Notes: generated from the sequence alone by a model not told the origin. A DNA stretch of 64,000 nucleotides from a bacterium (GCA_016699105.1 CP064960.1:875696-939695); one strand, 5' to 3'. Counted from the first letter of the stretch, positions 20,079 to 31,472 are shown. A program made the numbers and translations.

Positions 20079-20478
20079 TTATCGTTTAGAGAACTGTGGT
20101 GCTTTGCGAGCACGCTTGAGACCAGGCTTTTGCGTTCTTTGACGCGGGGATCACGAGTCAGCAATCCAGCTTTTTGAGGGTTGGTCGCAATTCTTCGCTC
20201 AAGACATTGAGCGCACGGGCAATAGCTAACCGGGCTGCTTCAGCCTGGCCACGCTTGCCGCCACCAGACAAGTTGAGGCTGACGCGCAGCTTTTGGTCTT
20301 GGCCGGCGAGCTTGAGCGGTTGCTCGACGGTTGATACGAGGGCTTGATTGTTGAAATAGTCGGTGGCTGTTTGGTCGCCAACTACGATTTCACCCTTGCC
20401 GCTGTACAAACGAGCAGTTGCGATGGCAGCCTTGCGGCGGCCACGAGCGTAATGATAGTGATTTTCAGATTGAGCCAT
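20079..20478 (-). CDS. rpsI: Ribosomal protein S9 (C-terminus restored across a poly-A indel).
   Basis: ...GGGKRGQAEAARLAIARAL... The true C-terminus ...ERKKPGLKRARKAPQFSKR requires one more A in the run near 20125. Confidence 0.8.
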
Positions 20479-20479
20479 G

Positions 20480-20910
20480 TTAGGTCATCTCCAGAGTTAC
20501 GGGGCTTTGGCCAGCGTGAGGGTGCTCGGCGCCAGCGTAGACCTTGAGGCGGTGCAAGCGGTCGGCTTGCAAGCGATTCTGGGCAACATACCAGCGATGG
20601 CTTTTTCAACGGCTTGGGTGGGGTGGCGCTCTAACAGTGTCGCCAGGTTGGTTTCTTTGATACCACCAGGATAGCCGGAGTGGTGATAATACATTTTATC
20701 GGCTAGCTTGTTGCCAGTTACACCAACTTGAGCAGCGTTGATAATGATGACGTTGTCGCCACCATCGACGTGAGGCGCAAAGCCGGGCTTGTGCTTGCCG
20801 GTTAGATAGGTAGCAACTTTGGTTGCTAAGCGGCCCAGGGTCTGGCCTTGAGCGTCAACAATGTACCAGTTGTGAGTGAGATCGGCGGCTTTGGGACTAA
20901 ATGTTTTCAT
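20480..20910 (-). CDS. rplM: Ribosomal protein L13 (C-terminal frameshift).
   Basis: MKTFSPKAADLTHNWYIVDAQGQTLGRLATKVA..., the L13 N-terminus. Confidence 0.8.
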
Positions 20911-20950
20911 GATGCTACCTCCTCTTTCTTGGCGGCGGGTTTAGGCGCAG

Positions 20951-21353
20951 CTACTTTTTAGGCGCTTCAACTACTGGCTCAACGGTCTTGGAAACGCCGT
21001 CGAGGACGATACTTAGCCGCACCATGGGAGCATTGTCTCCACGGCGGTTAGCTAGTTTGATGATGCGGGTATAACCACCTTGGCGTTCTTTGAACGTGGG
21101 GTGATTTCTTGAAGTAGTTTTTGTACGGCAGCTTCAGTCAAAAGTTCAGAGCGCAATTTGCGCCCAGAGGCAAGTGTGCCTTTTTGGCATGAGTGACGAG
21201 TCGTTCGAAACGCGGGGCCACTTCTTTGGCTCGGGCTTCGGTAGTGGTAATGGCTTCGTGTAAGACCAGCGAAGTCATTTGGCCGCGCAACAGTGCCCGC
21301 CGGGGACCGGCTTCGAGCGACAGTTTACGACCTTGGAATGAATGTCGGTGCAT
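20951..21353 (-). CDS. rplQ: Ribosomal protein L17 (at least 2 frameshifts).
   Basis: [25 protein letters not shown]... Shifted frames add ...[23 protein letters not shown]... and ...[23 protein letters not shown]... Confidence 0.75.
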
Positions 21354-21356
21354 GAG

Positions 21357-22295
21357 TTACTCCTTGGACTCCACTGTGGACAATCCGAGCTCCGACAATT
21401 TGTCTTTGACTTCCTCATACGCCTTGCTGCCGAAGCCTTTGAGGTCACGCAGTTCGGTGTCTGATAGAGCAACGAGGTCTTTCATGGTCTTGATTTCATT
21501 ATTGATGAGCGCGTTGGTGGTGCGAGGCGAGAGGTTTACTTCTTCGACACTCATTTTGGTGCTGGCAGAATCGACGCCATCGACACTTCCGGCGACGGCA
21601 CTATCAGCAACGGGATTACCGGCTACAACCTGAAAGTGCTCTACGAGAATTTCGCTTGCCTGGGCAATTGCTTCGTGAGGGGTAATGGTGCCATCGGTCT
21701 CAATTTCCATGACCAGTTTGTCGAGATCGGTGACCTGACCAACACGGGTATTCTCAACGGTATAACGGACGCGCTGGACGGGCGAATAGAGGGCGTCAAT
21801 GGCAATCATACCGACTTCAAGTCGCTCGGATTCGCGGTTTTCAACTGGAACATAGCCGCGGCCTTTTTCGACCTTGATTTCCATACCAAGCTTGGTTTTG
21901 GCGGTGTCGAGGGTAGCAATAACTTGCTCAGGGTTAACAATTTCAACATCGGCGGTGGTCTTGATCTGAGCGCCGGTGACCGGACCTTGACCAGAAGCGG
22001 CGAGGGTCAAGTACTGGGGTTCATCACTAAATACTCGGAAGCGGAGCTTCTTGAGGTTGAGGATGATTTCGACGACATCTTCTTTGACGCCATCAATGGT
22101 TGAAAATTCGTGGCTGGCTGCGTCAATTTTGACGGCTGTAGCGGCCGCGCCGCCGAGGCTCGATAGGATCACCCGGCGTAATGAATTGCCCAGTGTCATG
22201 CCATAGCCTGAGTAGAGGGGTTCCACTACAAAGGTCGCTTTGTTGCCATCTTGGTTGATCTGGCGTAGCTCTGGAAGTTGAATCGGATGTAACAC
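21357..22295 (-). CDS. rpoA: RNA polymerase alpha subunit.
   Basis: ...PLYSGYGMTLGNSLRRVILSSL... A probable GTG start has an AGGAAAGGA Shine-Dalgarno. The track ORF extends further upstream to 22334. Confidence 0.85.
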   Translation of the reverse strand: MLHPIQLPELRQINQDGNKATFVVEPLYSGYGMTLGNSLRRVILSSLGGAAATAVKIDAASHEFSTIDGVKEDVVEIILNLKKLRFRVFSDEPQYLTLAASGQGPVTGAQIKTTADVEIVNPEQVIATLDTAKTKLGMEIKVEKGRGYVPVENRESERLEVGMIAIDALYSPVQRVRYTVENTRVGQVTDLDKLVMEIETDGTITPHEAIAQASEILVEHFQVVAGNPVADSAVAGSVDGVDSASTKMSVEEVNLSPRTTNALINNEIKTMKDLVALSDTELRDLKGFGSKAYEEVKDKLSELGLSTVESKE

Positions 22296-22314
22296 GTTAG
22301 TCGTCCTTTCCTTA

Positions 22315-22929
22315 TTACCTTGAGTAGAACTCAATGATTAGTTGTTCGTTAATTTCTTCGGTGACTTCTTGGCGGCTCGGAAGGCTCGTGACTTTGGCTG
22401 TCAATTTCTTGGCATCAAAGCTCATCCAGGAGAGGGCGTCTTTGGCGATGCCAGCGTCAGCTAGATGCTTGAAGTAGGCATTGGCGGCACTCTTGGGGCG
22501 AACGGTAAAGCTATCACCTGATTTGAGAGATATCGAGGGGATGTCTACCCGGCGGCCATTGAGCATGAAATGACCATGTGTAACGAGTTGACGGGCAGCC
22601 TGACGACTGGGAGCGAGCCCCAAACGGTAGACAGCGTTATCTAAGCGGCGTTCGAGCAACTCAATCAATACGTCGCCGGTGTTACCGGTGCGGCGCTCTG
22701 CTTCGTTGACGAGTCGGACGAATTGCTTTTCGAGTAAGCCATACATACGCTTGACCATCTGCTTTTGGCGCAGCTGGATGGCATATTGACTGGGCTTGGA
22801 TCGGCCGGCGTTGGGACCGTGCTGACCGGGTTTGGTTGGTCGTTTAGTTAAGCCTTTGATGGCTTTAGGGTGCAGGGCTGTTTGTTCGCGGCGGCTGCGT
22901 TTGAGAATTGGGGTAAGATCGCGGGCCAT
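22315..22929 (-). CDS. rpsD: Ribosomal protein S4.
   Basis: MARDLTPILKRSRREQTALHPKAIKGL... and ...INEQLIIEFYSR. The upstream part of the track ORF overlaps rpsK and is an artefact. Confidence 0.85.
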   Translation of the reverse strand: MARDLTPILKRSRREQTALHPKAIKGLTKRPTKPGQHGPNAGRSKPSQYAIQLRQKQMVKRMYGLLEKQFVRLVNEAERRTGNTGDVLIELLERRLDNAVYRLGLAPSRQAARQLVTHGHFMLNGRRVDIPSISLKSGDSFTVRPKSAANAYFKHLADAGIAKDALSWMSFDAKKLTAKVTSLPSRQEVTEEINEQLIIEFYSR

Positions 22930-22930
22930 G

Positions 22931-23334
22931 TTAGACTCTCCTTGCCTTTCGTGGTCGGACACCGCCGTGAGGGATGCCAGTGACGTCTTTGATACTACCG
23001 ACGGCGATGCCGAGTGAGCTGAGGGCGCGAATAGCGGATTCGCGACCAGAGCCGACACCGTTGACGAGGACGTCGACCCGGCTGAGCCCGTATTCTTTGG
23101 CACTCGCACCGGCGCGTTCGGCGGCAGTCTGGGCGGCAAACGGAGTACTCTTACGTGAACCCTTGAAACCGGCGGAACCGGCACTGGCCCACGATAGGGC
23201 ATTGCCGCGATCGTCGGTAAACGTGATTATTGTATTATTGAACGTGGCTTGCACGTGCATTTGACCAGCAGCGACAGTGCGCCGGATCTTGCGGCGGCGG
23301 GCAGCGCTGGTGCGGGGGTTGGTTTGGTTGCCAT
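22931..23334 (-). CDS. rpsK: Ribosomal protein S11 (N-terminal frameshift).
   Basis: ...[29 protein letters not shown]... The true start MATKPT... lies at 23334 in a shifted frame. Confidence 0.8.
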
Positions 23335-23370
23335 ATCTGTTATCTCATTCCTTGCGTTTGCATGCGTCGA

Positions 23371-23759
23371 TTAAGTCTTTGCTGTAGCTTTCTTACGGCC
23401 TGAACCCATAGTGATCTTTTTGCCGCGCTTGGTGCGGGCATTGGTCTTGGTTCGTTGGCCGCGGACCGGCAAGCCGGATTTGTGACGCAGACCGCGGTAG
23501 GAATTGATTTCCTTGAGTCGCTTGATGTTGAGGCTGACTTCACGTTGGAGATCGCCTTCGACCCGTAATTTTTGTCTATGTATTCGCGCAAGGTCGTAAC
23601 CTCGGCTTCTGTGAGTTCTTTCACGCGGGTATCAGCTTTGATCCCCGTGGCGGCCAGAATTTTCTGGCTCGTAGTGAGTCCGATTCCGAAAATATAGGTC
23701 AGAGCAATCTCTACCCGCTTGGTTTCGGGGACGTTAACACCTGAAATACGTACTGCCAT
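23371..23759 (-). CDS. rpsM: Ribosomal protein S13 (frameshift near 23560).
   Basis: [27 protein letters not shown]... The shifted frame gives ...[49 protein letters not shown]... Confidence 0.85.
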
Positions 23760-23762
23760 GGT

Positions 23763-23879
23763 TTATCCTTGCCTCTGCTTATGACGAGGCTTTGCTGGAC
23801 AAATCACCCGCACTACACCTTCTCGGCGCACTATCTTGCATTTTTCGCATCGTTTCTTGACGCTAGCGCTAACGGTCAT
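23763..23879 (-). CDS. rpmJ: Ribosomal protein L36.
   Basis: Hand translation gives [38 protein letters not shown]. Confidence 0.8.
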   Translation of the reverse strand: MTVSASVKKRCEKCKIVRREGVVRVICPAKPRHKQRQG

Positions 23880-23907
23880 GACGTGGTGGTCCTTCTCGTA
23901 ACTTTAA

Positions 23908-24168
23908 TTATCTGTGACGGTATGTGATACGGCCTTTGGACAGATCATACGGAGTCATCTCCAGTACGACACGGTCTCCAGGGATGATGCGGATGTAGTG
24001 CATCCTCATCTTGCCGGAAATGTGTCCAAGCACAACATGGCCGTTCTCGAGCTCTACCCTAAACAAAGCGTTCGGAAGAGTCTCCAGGATGGTCCCTTCG
24101 AGTTCGATTACTTCCTTTGTGGTTTTTTTGCCGGTTTGTTCGGCTGTTCTACGACGTCGTGTTGGCAT
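23908..24168 (-). CDS. infA: Translation initiation factor IF-1.
   Basis: ...[54 protein letters not shown]... Confidence 0.85.
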   Translation of the reverse strand: MPTRRRRTAEQTGKKTTKEVIELEGTILETLPNALFRVELENGHVVLGHISGKMRMHYIRIIPGDRVVLEMTPYDLSKGRITYRHR

Positions 24169-24223
24169 ATCAATGACTACAGTTGTTCATTATAGATACC
24201 AAACGCCTGATTGTAAAGAGTTT

Positions 24224-25528
24224 TTAGTATTGTTCATAAGATGTTGTGATCGCTTGGGCTTCCAATTGTTTAAGTGTTTCGAGGGCCACTGACACCACAA
24301 TGAGTAAACTAGTACCACCGATGGTAAAAGTTTGGCTATTAGTGAGGAATTGGCCGATAAAAGGCAGGACCGCTACAATGGCGAGTCCAGTGGCTCCCGC
24401 CAGGGTAATGCGGTTGATTACCCGCTGGAGATACGACATGGTTTGGTTACCTGGTCGAATTCCCGGAATGAAGCCACCTTGTTTCTGGAGATTTTCTGCA
24501 ATTTCTTTGGGGTTGAAGATCACTGAGGTATAGAAATAGGTAAAACCAACGACTAATACAAAGTACGATACGGCATATATCCAACCATTGGGCGAAAACC
24601 ATTCGGACAAATTACGCGCAAGTCCCGCGACCCAGGGTGTGGTGGCGTTGTTCAGCACTTGGCTGAGCAATCCAGGAATAGATAAGAAGGCCAGGGCGAA
24701 GATGATGGGGATAACGCCGGCGGTAATGACTCTAATGGGTAGATGAGTATCGACACCAGCATAAACACGGTCACCGCGGGTCCGCTTGGCATAAGATACC
24801 GGAATGTTACGGGCACCTTCGTTGAGGATGACGATAAAGGCAATAACGGCGATAACCGCAGCTAAGAAACCAATGGCTGTCACGACCTTGGTTGGATCGC
24901 CTGATACCAAACTCGATAACTGGCCGACACTGGCGGGTAGACTGGCGACAATACCACAGAAAATAATGAGCGATATACCGTTACCAACCCCTTTTCAGTG
25001 ATGATCTCACCTAACCACATCAGGAGCAGTGAACCAGCCGTTATAGTTGATATCAGCATAATCCAGCCGAGGAGGTTTGGTTTACCAATAACATCAACTC
25101 CTTGCATGCTGAGCGACGTTTGTTGAACCAAGAAGACCATACCGAAGGCTTGGGCGATAGCCAGTGGCAATGTCAACAATCTGGTGTACTGGTTGAGTTT
25201 ACGACGGCCCATCTCACCCTCTTTTTGAGGGATTCAAGCTGTGGAATGACTTGGCTGAGTAACTGAATAATGATTGACGCGTTAATATATGGCCCCAGTC
25301 CCATCATGATGATGGAAAAGTTTTGGAGAGCGCCTCCGGAAAAGATATTGGCAAAACCGAGGATGGCGTTGGAGTTAAAGAGGGCGGTCAAAAATCGTGA
25401 TAAGGCGGCATTGTCTGGTACCGGTACTGGAACGTGGGACAATAATCGAAAATAACCAGTAACGCTAGGACGACCAAAATCCGCCTTCTGATTTCGGGCG
25501 ATTTATAGGCCTGTTTGAGATATGACAT
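24224..25528 (-). CDS. secY: Preprotein translocase SecY (multiple frameshifts).
   Basis: The N-terminus MSYLKQAYKSPEIRRRILVVLALLVIF... was found by hand at 25528. Track pieces 25173-25442, 24880-25212 and 24224-24910 carry the SecY transmembrane regions. Confidence 0.85.
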
Positions 25529-25576
25529 GTTCACGCTGATCTTCCCCTCCTAAGGTAGGTGACAAACGGCAGTTGT

Positions 25577-26056
25577 TTAGGCTGGACGGGTGGCTTTTTT
25601 GCTTGGTACCTTGATGGCCGGTACTAGCTCAATTGTAACACCCGCTTTGGTCGCAGCTGCCAAGGCCGAAGCACTGGCGGCTTGAACTTTGACCGTCAAT
25701 TTCTTGGTGAGCTTACCTTCGCCAAGCAATTTGGTCGGTTTGAGAGCACTGGTGATGAGACCGGCTGCCCGTAAGGCATCGGCATCAACGACGGAACCAT
25801 CAGCGAAACGCTCGAGGTCGTCTAAATTAACTGGTTGATACACGGTACGGTTTAAGGGTGAGAATCCGCGCTTTTTGGGCAAACGTTGGCTTAAGGGATT
25901 TTGACCACCCTCAAATCCGACTCGAACGCCGCCGCCGGTGCGTGAATTTTGACCTTTGGTACCACGACCGGCGGTTTTTCCATAACCAGATCCAATACCG
26001 CGACCGACGCGTTTGCGGTCGGGTGAGGCAGTGACATTTAATTCATGTACTTTCAT
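25577..26056 (-). CDS. rplO: Ribosomal protein L15.
   Basis: [36 protein letters not shown]... Confidence 0.85.
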   Translation of the reverse strand: MKVHELNVTASPDRKRVGRGIGSGYGKTAGRGTKGQNSRTGGGVRVGFEGGQNPLSQRLPKKRGFSPLNRTVYQPVNLDDLERFADGSVVDADALRAAGLITSALKPTKLLGEGKLTKKLTVKVQAASASALAAATKAGVTIELVPAIKVPSKKATRPA

Positions 26057-26523
26057 GAGACTTTCTCTTTCGTTTTGGCGGCTTTGAGCTGCGACAAGGC
26101 TAGGGCGGTGGCATAAGCATTGTTTACTTTATTGCTTGAGCCCAGTGATTTGGTCAATAGGTCGTGGATGCCAGCAATTTCGACAACGTTACGTACGGCA
26201 CCACCGGCGATAACGCCAGTACCGGCCGAGGCAGGTTTGAGTAAGACATGAGCACCAGCAAACCGCACTTCAATTTCATGGGGAATAGTATTGTCTTTGA
26301 GGGGGACTGTAATCATCTGGCTTTTGGCGGCCGCAACGGCTTTGGCAATAGAAGTCATAACTTCCCCGCCTTTTCCGACACCGACGCCGACACGGCCTTT
26401 GCCATCACCGACGACGACTGTAGCGCGGAAACGGAAACGACGACCACCTTTGACAACGCGGGCAACCCGGTCGATGGCAATCACCTTTTCTTCAAATTCT
26501 TTGGGCTGTTGTTCGATAGCCAT
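26053..26523 (-). CDS. rpsE: Ribosomal protein S5.
   Basis: ...[30 protein letters not shown]... rpsE overlaps rplO, so there is no L30 gene between them. Confidence 0.85.
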   Translation of the reverse strand: MAIEQQPKEFEEKVIAIDRVARVVKGGRRFRFRATVVVGDGKGRVGVGVGKGGEVMTSIAKAVAAAKSQMITVPLKDNTIPHEIEVRFAGAHVLLKPASAGTGVIAGGAVRNVVEIAGIHDLLTKSLGSSNKVNNAYATALALSQLKAAKTKEKVS

Positions 26524-26525
26524 AA

Positions 26526-26873
26526 TTAAAACTCCAATCCGGCTTTACGTGCGGCAGTTGCTAAGGCATCGAGCCGGCCGTGATAAATGCGGCCATTGCG
26601 ATCAAAGACGACTTTGGTGATCTTGTGAGATTTGGCGGCAGCAGCAATATGCTCACCAGTCCAGGCGGCTTTGGCAGTCAAGTTGCCTTTGGCGTCTGAA
26701 CGGACGGTGGTCACGTACGCTAAAGTTTTGCCGTTCGAGTCGTCAATAAGCTGGGCAATGACATGGCGCAAGCTGATTTTGACCGACAACCTAGGACGGG
26801 CAGCGGTACCGATAACTCGAGCTCGGATGCGAGCGCGGCGGCGATTGAGTTGGGCGATAGTATGATTAATCAT
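26526..26873 (-). CDS. rplR: Ribosomal protein L18.
   Basis: MINHTIAQLNRRRARIRARVIGTAARPRLSV... Confidence 0.85.
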   Translation of the reverse strand: MINHTIAQLNRRRARIRARVIGTAARPRLSVKISLRHVIAQLIDDSNGKTLAYVTTVRSDAKGNLTAKAAWTGEHIAAAAKSHKITKVVFDRNGRIYHGRLDALATAARKAGLEF

Positions 26874-26879
26874 CGTGTT

Positions 26880-27417
26880 TTAACCTTTTGTAGCGGTTTT
26901 ACCGGCCTTACGGCGGATCCGCTCCTCGACATATTTGATACCTTTACCCTTGTAAGGTTCCGGCTTCTTGAGATCGCGCAGGTTAGCTGCGGCTTGACCG
27001 ACAAGTTGCTTATCGTGACCTGAGAGGGTAATGACGTTTTTCTCTATGGTAGCGGTGACACCGACCGGCAGCGTAAATATTACCGGATGCGAAAAACCGA
27101 GACTGAGAGTGATGGTGTTGCCGGCAACACTAGCCCGGTAACCGACACCGTTGATTTCAATGCTCGGGTAAATCCTTGGGAGACGCCGAGCACTAAATTG
27201 CTTACCAGGGTACGCATCAAACCATAGGATGATTGTGTTTCCGGATTCTCGACAGTTTTACTGAGAGTGAGGGTGTCGTTGGATTGCTCCAAGACGATAC
27301 CGGGAAGCAAGTCGAGCTCCAGGCTACCTTTGGGTCCCGTGACTTTGAGGTGTTGTCCGGTCTGTTCGACCGAGACACCAGCGGGAATTGTAATTGGGGT
27401 ACGTCAATGCGGCTCAT
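26880..27417 (-). CDS. rplF: Ribosomal protein L6 (multiple frameshifts).
   Basis: N-terminus MSRIDVP..., a middle piece LPGIVLEQ...LTLSKT..., and a C-terminus ...[20 protein letters not shown] read by hand. Confidence 0.8.
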
Positions 27418-27418
27418 C

Positions 27419-27805
27419 TTACCATACCTTACAGATTAATTCACCACCGAGGCCAGCTTTGCGGGCGTCACGTCCGGACATAATACCACCAGATGTCGAA
27501 ACGATAACCATGCCGCGTCCACCTAAGACCAACGGAATGTTTTTGGCAGTAGTGTAGACACGACGACCAGGCTTGGAGATACGGATTAGTGATGTAATGG
27601 CATCGGGGTCGTCCGAGAGGGTGATCGACAATGACTTGAAGCTACCATCTTTGGCGACCGCTACATCGGTGACAAAGCGGTTACTTTTGAGGATTTTAGC
27701 CACCTGCTCTTTGAGCTTGGAATGGGGCATGACGATGGATTTTAATCCAGCCGTCTTGGCATTACGCAAGCGGGTCAGCAGGTCGGCGATGGGATCATTA
27801 AACAT
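27419..27805 (-). CDS. rpsH: Ribosomal protein S8.
   Basis: MFNDPIADLLTRLRNA... Confidence 0.85.
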   Translation of the reverse strand: MFNDPIADLLTRLRNAKTAGLKSIVMPHSKLKEQVAKILKSNRFVTDVAVAKDGSFKSLSITLSDDPDAITSLIRISKPGRRVYTTAKNIPLVLGGRGMVIVSTSGGIMSGRDARKAGLGGELICKVW

Positions 27806-27820
27806 ATCTTATCTCCTTTC

Positions 27821-28006
27821 CTACCAGCTCGCCTTAGTGACACCAGGAATTTGACCACGGGAAGCGTATTCCCGGAAGCATACCCGGCACAGGGCGAATT
27901 TACGAATGTAACCACGCGGACGACCACACATTTTACAACGGCGGACGATTCGAGTAGAAAACTTTGGTTTACGTTGGGCTTTGACGACAAGTGCTACGCG
28001 TGCCAT
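27821..28006 (-). CDS. rpsN: Ribosomal protein S14 (type Z, zinc-binding).
   Basis: ...[39 protein letters not shown]. Confidence 0.85.
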   Translation of the reverse strand: MARVALVVKAQRKPKFSTRIVRRCKMCGRPRGYIRKFALCRVCFREYASRGQIPGVTKASW

Positions 28007-28007
28007 T

Positions 28008-28549
28008 AGACAGTCCTCCTAAAGGAAATCCCATCAATTCAAGTAATCTTTTGGACTGCTCGGGTGTTTTAGCAGTAGTAACAATGTTTACCTGCAAACC
28101 ATGTGACACGCCGACATCCTCGAAGGGAATCTGGGGAAAATGCTGTGATCGGTGATACCAAGGCTATAGTTGCCAAAGGCATCAAAAGCCGTGGCGGAGA
28201 TGCCGCGGAAGTCTCGAATGCGGGGTAAAACAGCACCAACGAGTAGATCGAGAAAAGCTTCGGCGCGGGCGCCTCTGAGGGTTGTAGTAACTCCAACTTT
28301 GTTGCCTTCGCGCAATTTGAACGAGGCGATGCTCTTGCGGGCAATCGTGGTGACTGGATGTTGACCTGTGACTTTGGCGATTGTGTCCGCGGTGGTCTCA
28401 AGGTGTTTACTGTCTGAAACCGCTCGGCCGACGCCAGCACTAACTACGACCTTGCTGATGCGCGGAACTTGATGGGGGTTACGCAGATTGAACTCTTTGA
28501 CGAGAGCTGGCACCACTTCTTTCTGATATTTTTCGCGGAAACGATTCAT
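28008..28549 (-). CDS. rplE: Ribosomal protein L5 (frameshifts at the C-terminus).
   Basis: [41 protein letters not shown]... The true C-terminus ...[13 protein letters not shown] needs one extra T near 28020. The end coordinate is approximate. Confidence 0.8.
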
Positions 28550-28551
28550 AC

Positions 28552-28935
28552 TTACTTACCTTTTCCGGCAGTATCTGCGGTTGCAGACTTACTCGGTTTA
28601 GTTGATTTGGCTGGCTTCTTGCCAGCGGCTTGATGGTTCGGGCTGACTTTGAAAATGCGTTCTTTGGTGCCGTCGGCTGCAAATTGATAACCAATGCGTG
28701 CGGGCAAACCACTGGTGGGGTCGACGACCATGAGCTTGGAGGCATTGATGGGCTTAGCGATCTCGATGATGCCACCGCGCGGAACTTTGTTACTTGGCTT
28801 CGTGTGTCGTTTGACGATATTGATGCCTTCGATGACTACTTGGTTGGTACGAGGCAGAACGGTACTGATGGTACCGGTTTTGCCCTTGTCTTTACCGGTA
28901 ATCACGGTCACTTTATCTCCTTTGGCGAGTTTCAT
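28552..28935 (-). CDS. rplX: Ribosomal protein L24.
   Basis: [26 protein letters not shown]... Confidence 0.85.
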   Translation of the reverse strand: MKLAKGDKVTVITGKDKGKTGTISTVLPRTNQVVIEGINIVKRHTKPSNKVPRGGIIEIAKPINASKLMVVDPTSGLPARIGYQFAADGTKERIFKVSPNHQAAGKKPAKSTKPSKSATADTAGKGK

Positions 28936-28936
28936 G

Positions 28937-29303
28937 TTAGAGCACCTCCGGAGCTAAGGAAATAATCTTCATATAACCACCTTCGCGCAGTTCGCGGGCA
29001 ATCGGTCAAAAATACGGGTGCCCCGTGGCTGGCCGGATTTGTCGATGAGAACGGCAGCATTTTCGTCGAACCGAATACTGGAGCCGTCAGCGCGCTTGGT
29101 TTCTTTGGTAGTGCGGACCACGACGGCACGAACAACGTCTTTTTCTTAACGTTGGCACCCGGCAAAGCGCTTTTGACACTGGCGGTGATGATATCACCTG
29201 CAGCTGCATAACGTCGGCGTGATCCACCCAGCACCTTGATACAGAGTAGGTCTTTGGCGCCCGAATTGTCGGCAACACGCAATCTGGTTTCTACCTGAAT
29301 CAT
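28937..29303 (-). CDS. rplN: Ribosomal protein L14 (frameshifts).
   Basis: [44 protein letters not shown]... The C-terminus ...[21 protein letters not shown] is in a shifted frame. Confidence 0.8.
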
Positions 29304-29555
29304 ACCTGCTCCTCCAGATCTTTGGCTGTCAGTTTGCGGGCGACTGTCCAGCGTTTTTGGGCGCTTAAGGGCCTGGTTTCAGTAATCTCGACGGCATCGC
29401 CAACGTGACAGGCATTGCCTTCATCGTGGGCTTTGAAGCGAGTAGTTACTTTATATTTTTGCGATAGATCGGATGCTCTTTCACGAGCGCTACCGCTACC
29501 ACAATGGTTTTGTCCATTTTGTCGGAGACGACTGTCCCCGGAGTGTGCGGATCAT
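29300..29555 (-). CDS. rpsQ: Ribosomal protein S17 (poly-A frameshift).
   Basis: Hand translation gives [33 protein letters not shown]... A shifted frame continues [41 protein letters not shown]... Confidence 0.75.
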
Positions 29556-29763
29556 TTGACGGCCTCCTCAGTGCTGGCGATTGCTCGTTCGCGGGCGATA
29601 GTTAAGGCCCGGGCAATGGTCTTTTGTGACCAGCGATTACTTTAACGTTTTTGACTTCTTTGGTGCGGCTTTCAATCACGGCTGTAGCCAAACTTTGGCG
29701 TTCTTTGGTGATGGTTGAGTCCAGTTCTTTGTCAGTTAATTTAGATATTTCTGCGAATTTCAT
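29552..29763 (-). CDS. rpmC: Ribosomal protein L29 (poly-A frameshift).
   Basis: Hand translation gives MKFAEISKLTDKELDSTITKERQSLATAVIESRTKEVKNVKVIAGHK... A shifted frame continues [22 protein letters not shown]. Confidence 0.7.
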
Positions 29764-29766
29764 GGT

Positions 29767-30198
29767 TTACTCCTTGGCCTCAATTTCGGCTTCATGCTTG
29801 GCAATAAACCTGGTTTGAACTGGTAATTTGTGAGCGGCTAGGCGCATGGCTTCTTTGGCAATGTCTTCGGTAACGCCCGCCATCTCGAACATGATGCGAC
29901 CGGGTCGAACTTTGGCGGCGTAGTGGTCGACAGAACCCTTACCGGAACCCATTCGAACTTCGGCTGGCTTCTTGGTAATCGGCACATCAGGAAAGATACG
30001 TATCCATATTTTGCCACCGCGCTTGATGTAGCGCGTCATGGCACGACGGGCAGCTTCGATCTGACGACTGGTGATGCGTTCGCCAGTTTCAGCTTTGAGG
30101 CCGAATTCGCCAAAGGCGATTTCGGTTCCCCGACTAGCAACGCCGTTCATGCGACCTTTTTGCGCTTTGCGGTATTTCGTTTTCTTGGGCATTAACAT
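29767..30198 (-). CDS. rplP: Ribosomal protein L16.
   Basis: [36 protein letters not shown]... Confidence 0.85.
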   Translation of the reverse strand: MLMPKKTKYRKAQKGRMNGVASRGTEIAFGEFGLKAETGERITSRQIEAARRAMTRYIKRGGKIWIRIFPDVPITKKPAEVRMGSGKGSVDHYAAKVRPGRIMFEMAGVTEDIAKEAMRLAAHKLPVQTRFIAKHEAEIEAKE

Positions 30199-30205
30199 AG
30201 CTTAC

Positions 30206-30844
30206 CTACTTTCGCTCCCCAAATTTGGTTCCTTTGTGGATCCAAACTTTTACACCGATAATACCAAAGGTTGTTTTGGCAATTGCATGCGAGAAATCAA
30301 TATCGGCTCGCAAGGTATGAAGCGGTATACTCCCCTGACTAACTACTTCCCGGCGTGCCATTTCAGCACCATTTAAGCGACCAGCCACCATCACTTTGGC
30401 ACCGAGAGCTCCATTTTTAAGTGCATTTTCGGCTGCCATTTTCATGGCACGACGAAATGATATACGGCGCTCAAGTTGACCAGCAATGTTTTCGGCTACC
30501 AATGTAGCATTGGTCTCAGGTTTTTTGACTTCTTCGATAGATACTTTGACTGGACTACCTACAAGTTTGGCAAGTGTAGATTTTAGATCTTCGGCGCCAC
30601 TTCCGCCTCTTCCAATTACAATACCGGGTTTTGAAGTATGAATGGTGACCACAATTTGACCAGGTGACCGTTCAATATCTACGCGTGACACGCCGGCCCG
30701 CTTATTGAGCTTGGTGCTCAATGTTTTGCGAATCTTGAGATCTTGGATAAGAAATGTTGCGTATTCACGGTCGGCATACCATCGTGATTGCCAGTCATGG
30801 TCGACTTGCAAACGCATACTGCGAGGATTAATTTTTTGACCCAT
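30206..30844 (-). CDS. rpsC: Ribosomal protein S3.
   Basis: MGQKINPRSMRLQVDHDWQSRWYAD... Confidence 0.85.
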   Translation of the reverse strand: MGQKINPRSMRLQVDHDWQSRWYADREYATFLIQDLKIRKTLSTKLNKRAGVSRVDIERSPGQIVVTIHTSKPGIVIGRGGSGAEDLKSTLAKLVGSPVKVSIEEVKKPETNATLVAENIAGQLERRISFRRAMKMAAENALKNGALGAKVMVAGRLNGAEMARREVVSQGSIPLHTLRADIDFSHAIAKTTFGIIGVKVWIHKGTKFGERK

Positions 30845-31194
30845 TATTTGGTCTCCTTGGTGTCGGTAGTACTGACGATAACCGTAATGTGGCTCGAGCG
30901 CTTCAAAATTCGATTGGCCATACCTTTTGATCGAGGTCGGGATCGCTTGAGTGATGGACCAGGTCCGATCAAGACGCTCTCAATCATGAGTTCGGCAGCG
31001 CGGGCACCGTGGTTGTTTTCGGCATTGGCGATAGCTGATGCTAGCACTTTGCCGACCGGATCGGCAGCACGCTTGTCGACGTTCAGTAGGATGCGTTGGG
31101 CTTCCAGGGCACGGTGTCCACGAATAAGTGCAGCGACCAATCCGGTTTTGCGTGCAGATGTTCCAACGAATTTAGCTGTAGCTTGCGTTTTCAT
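30844..31194 (-). CDS. rplV: Ribosomal protein L22.
   Basis: ...ARKTGLVAALIRGHRALEAQRILLNVDKRAADPVGKVLASAIANAE... Confidence 0.85.
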   Translation of the reverse strand: MKTQATAKFVGTSARKTGLVAALIRGHRALEAQRILLNVDKRAADPVGKVLASAIANAENNHGARAAELMIESVLIGPGPSLKRSRPRSKGMANRILKRSSHITVIVSTTDTKETK

Positions 31195-31200
31195 TTAATC

Positions 31201-31472
31201 CTACTTGCCTTTCGCCAGTTTACCGCCATGATTCCTGAATTTTCTAGTAGGAGCAAACTCACCGAGCTTGTGGCCAACCATATTTTCGGACACAAATACC
31301 GGAATGTGCATACGACCATTATGAATAGCAATCGTATGACCGACCATTTCAGGACTGATTGTGGAACTGCGGGCCCAGGTCTTGAGAACAGACTTATCAC
31401 CAGCAGGTTGGTCTATCACCCGCTTGATCAGTCTTTCGTCGACGTAGGGCCTTTTTTGAGTGAACGGCTCAT
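31201..31472 (-). CDS. rpsS: Ribosomal protein S19 (frameshift in a C-run near the N-terminus).
   Basis: MSRSLKKGP..., then in the +1 frame [10 protein letters not shown]...[31 protein letters not shown]...[13 protein letters not shown]. The start overlaps the rplB stop (ATGA). Confidence 0.75.

Noticed and set aside
21193-22103. Plus-strand ORFs (146 aa, 155 aa) antisense to rplQ/rpoA.
   Set aside because: They are antisense to strongly conserved genes with clear homology. They have no ribosome binding site and low-complexity sequence.
22929-23202. A 91-aa N-terminal extension of rpsD in the track ORF.
   Set aside because: It overlaps rpsK in another frame. The S4 homology starts at MARDLTP (22929). 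The extension is Pro/Arg-rich junk.
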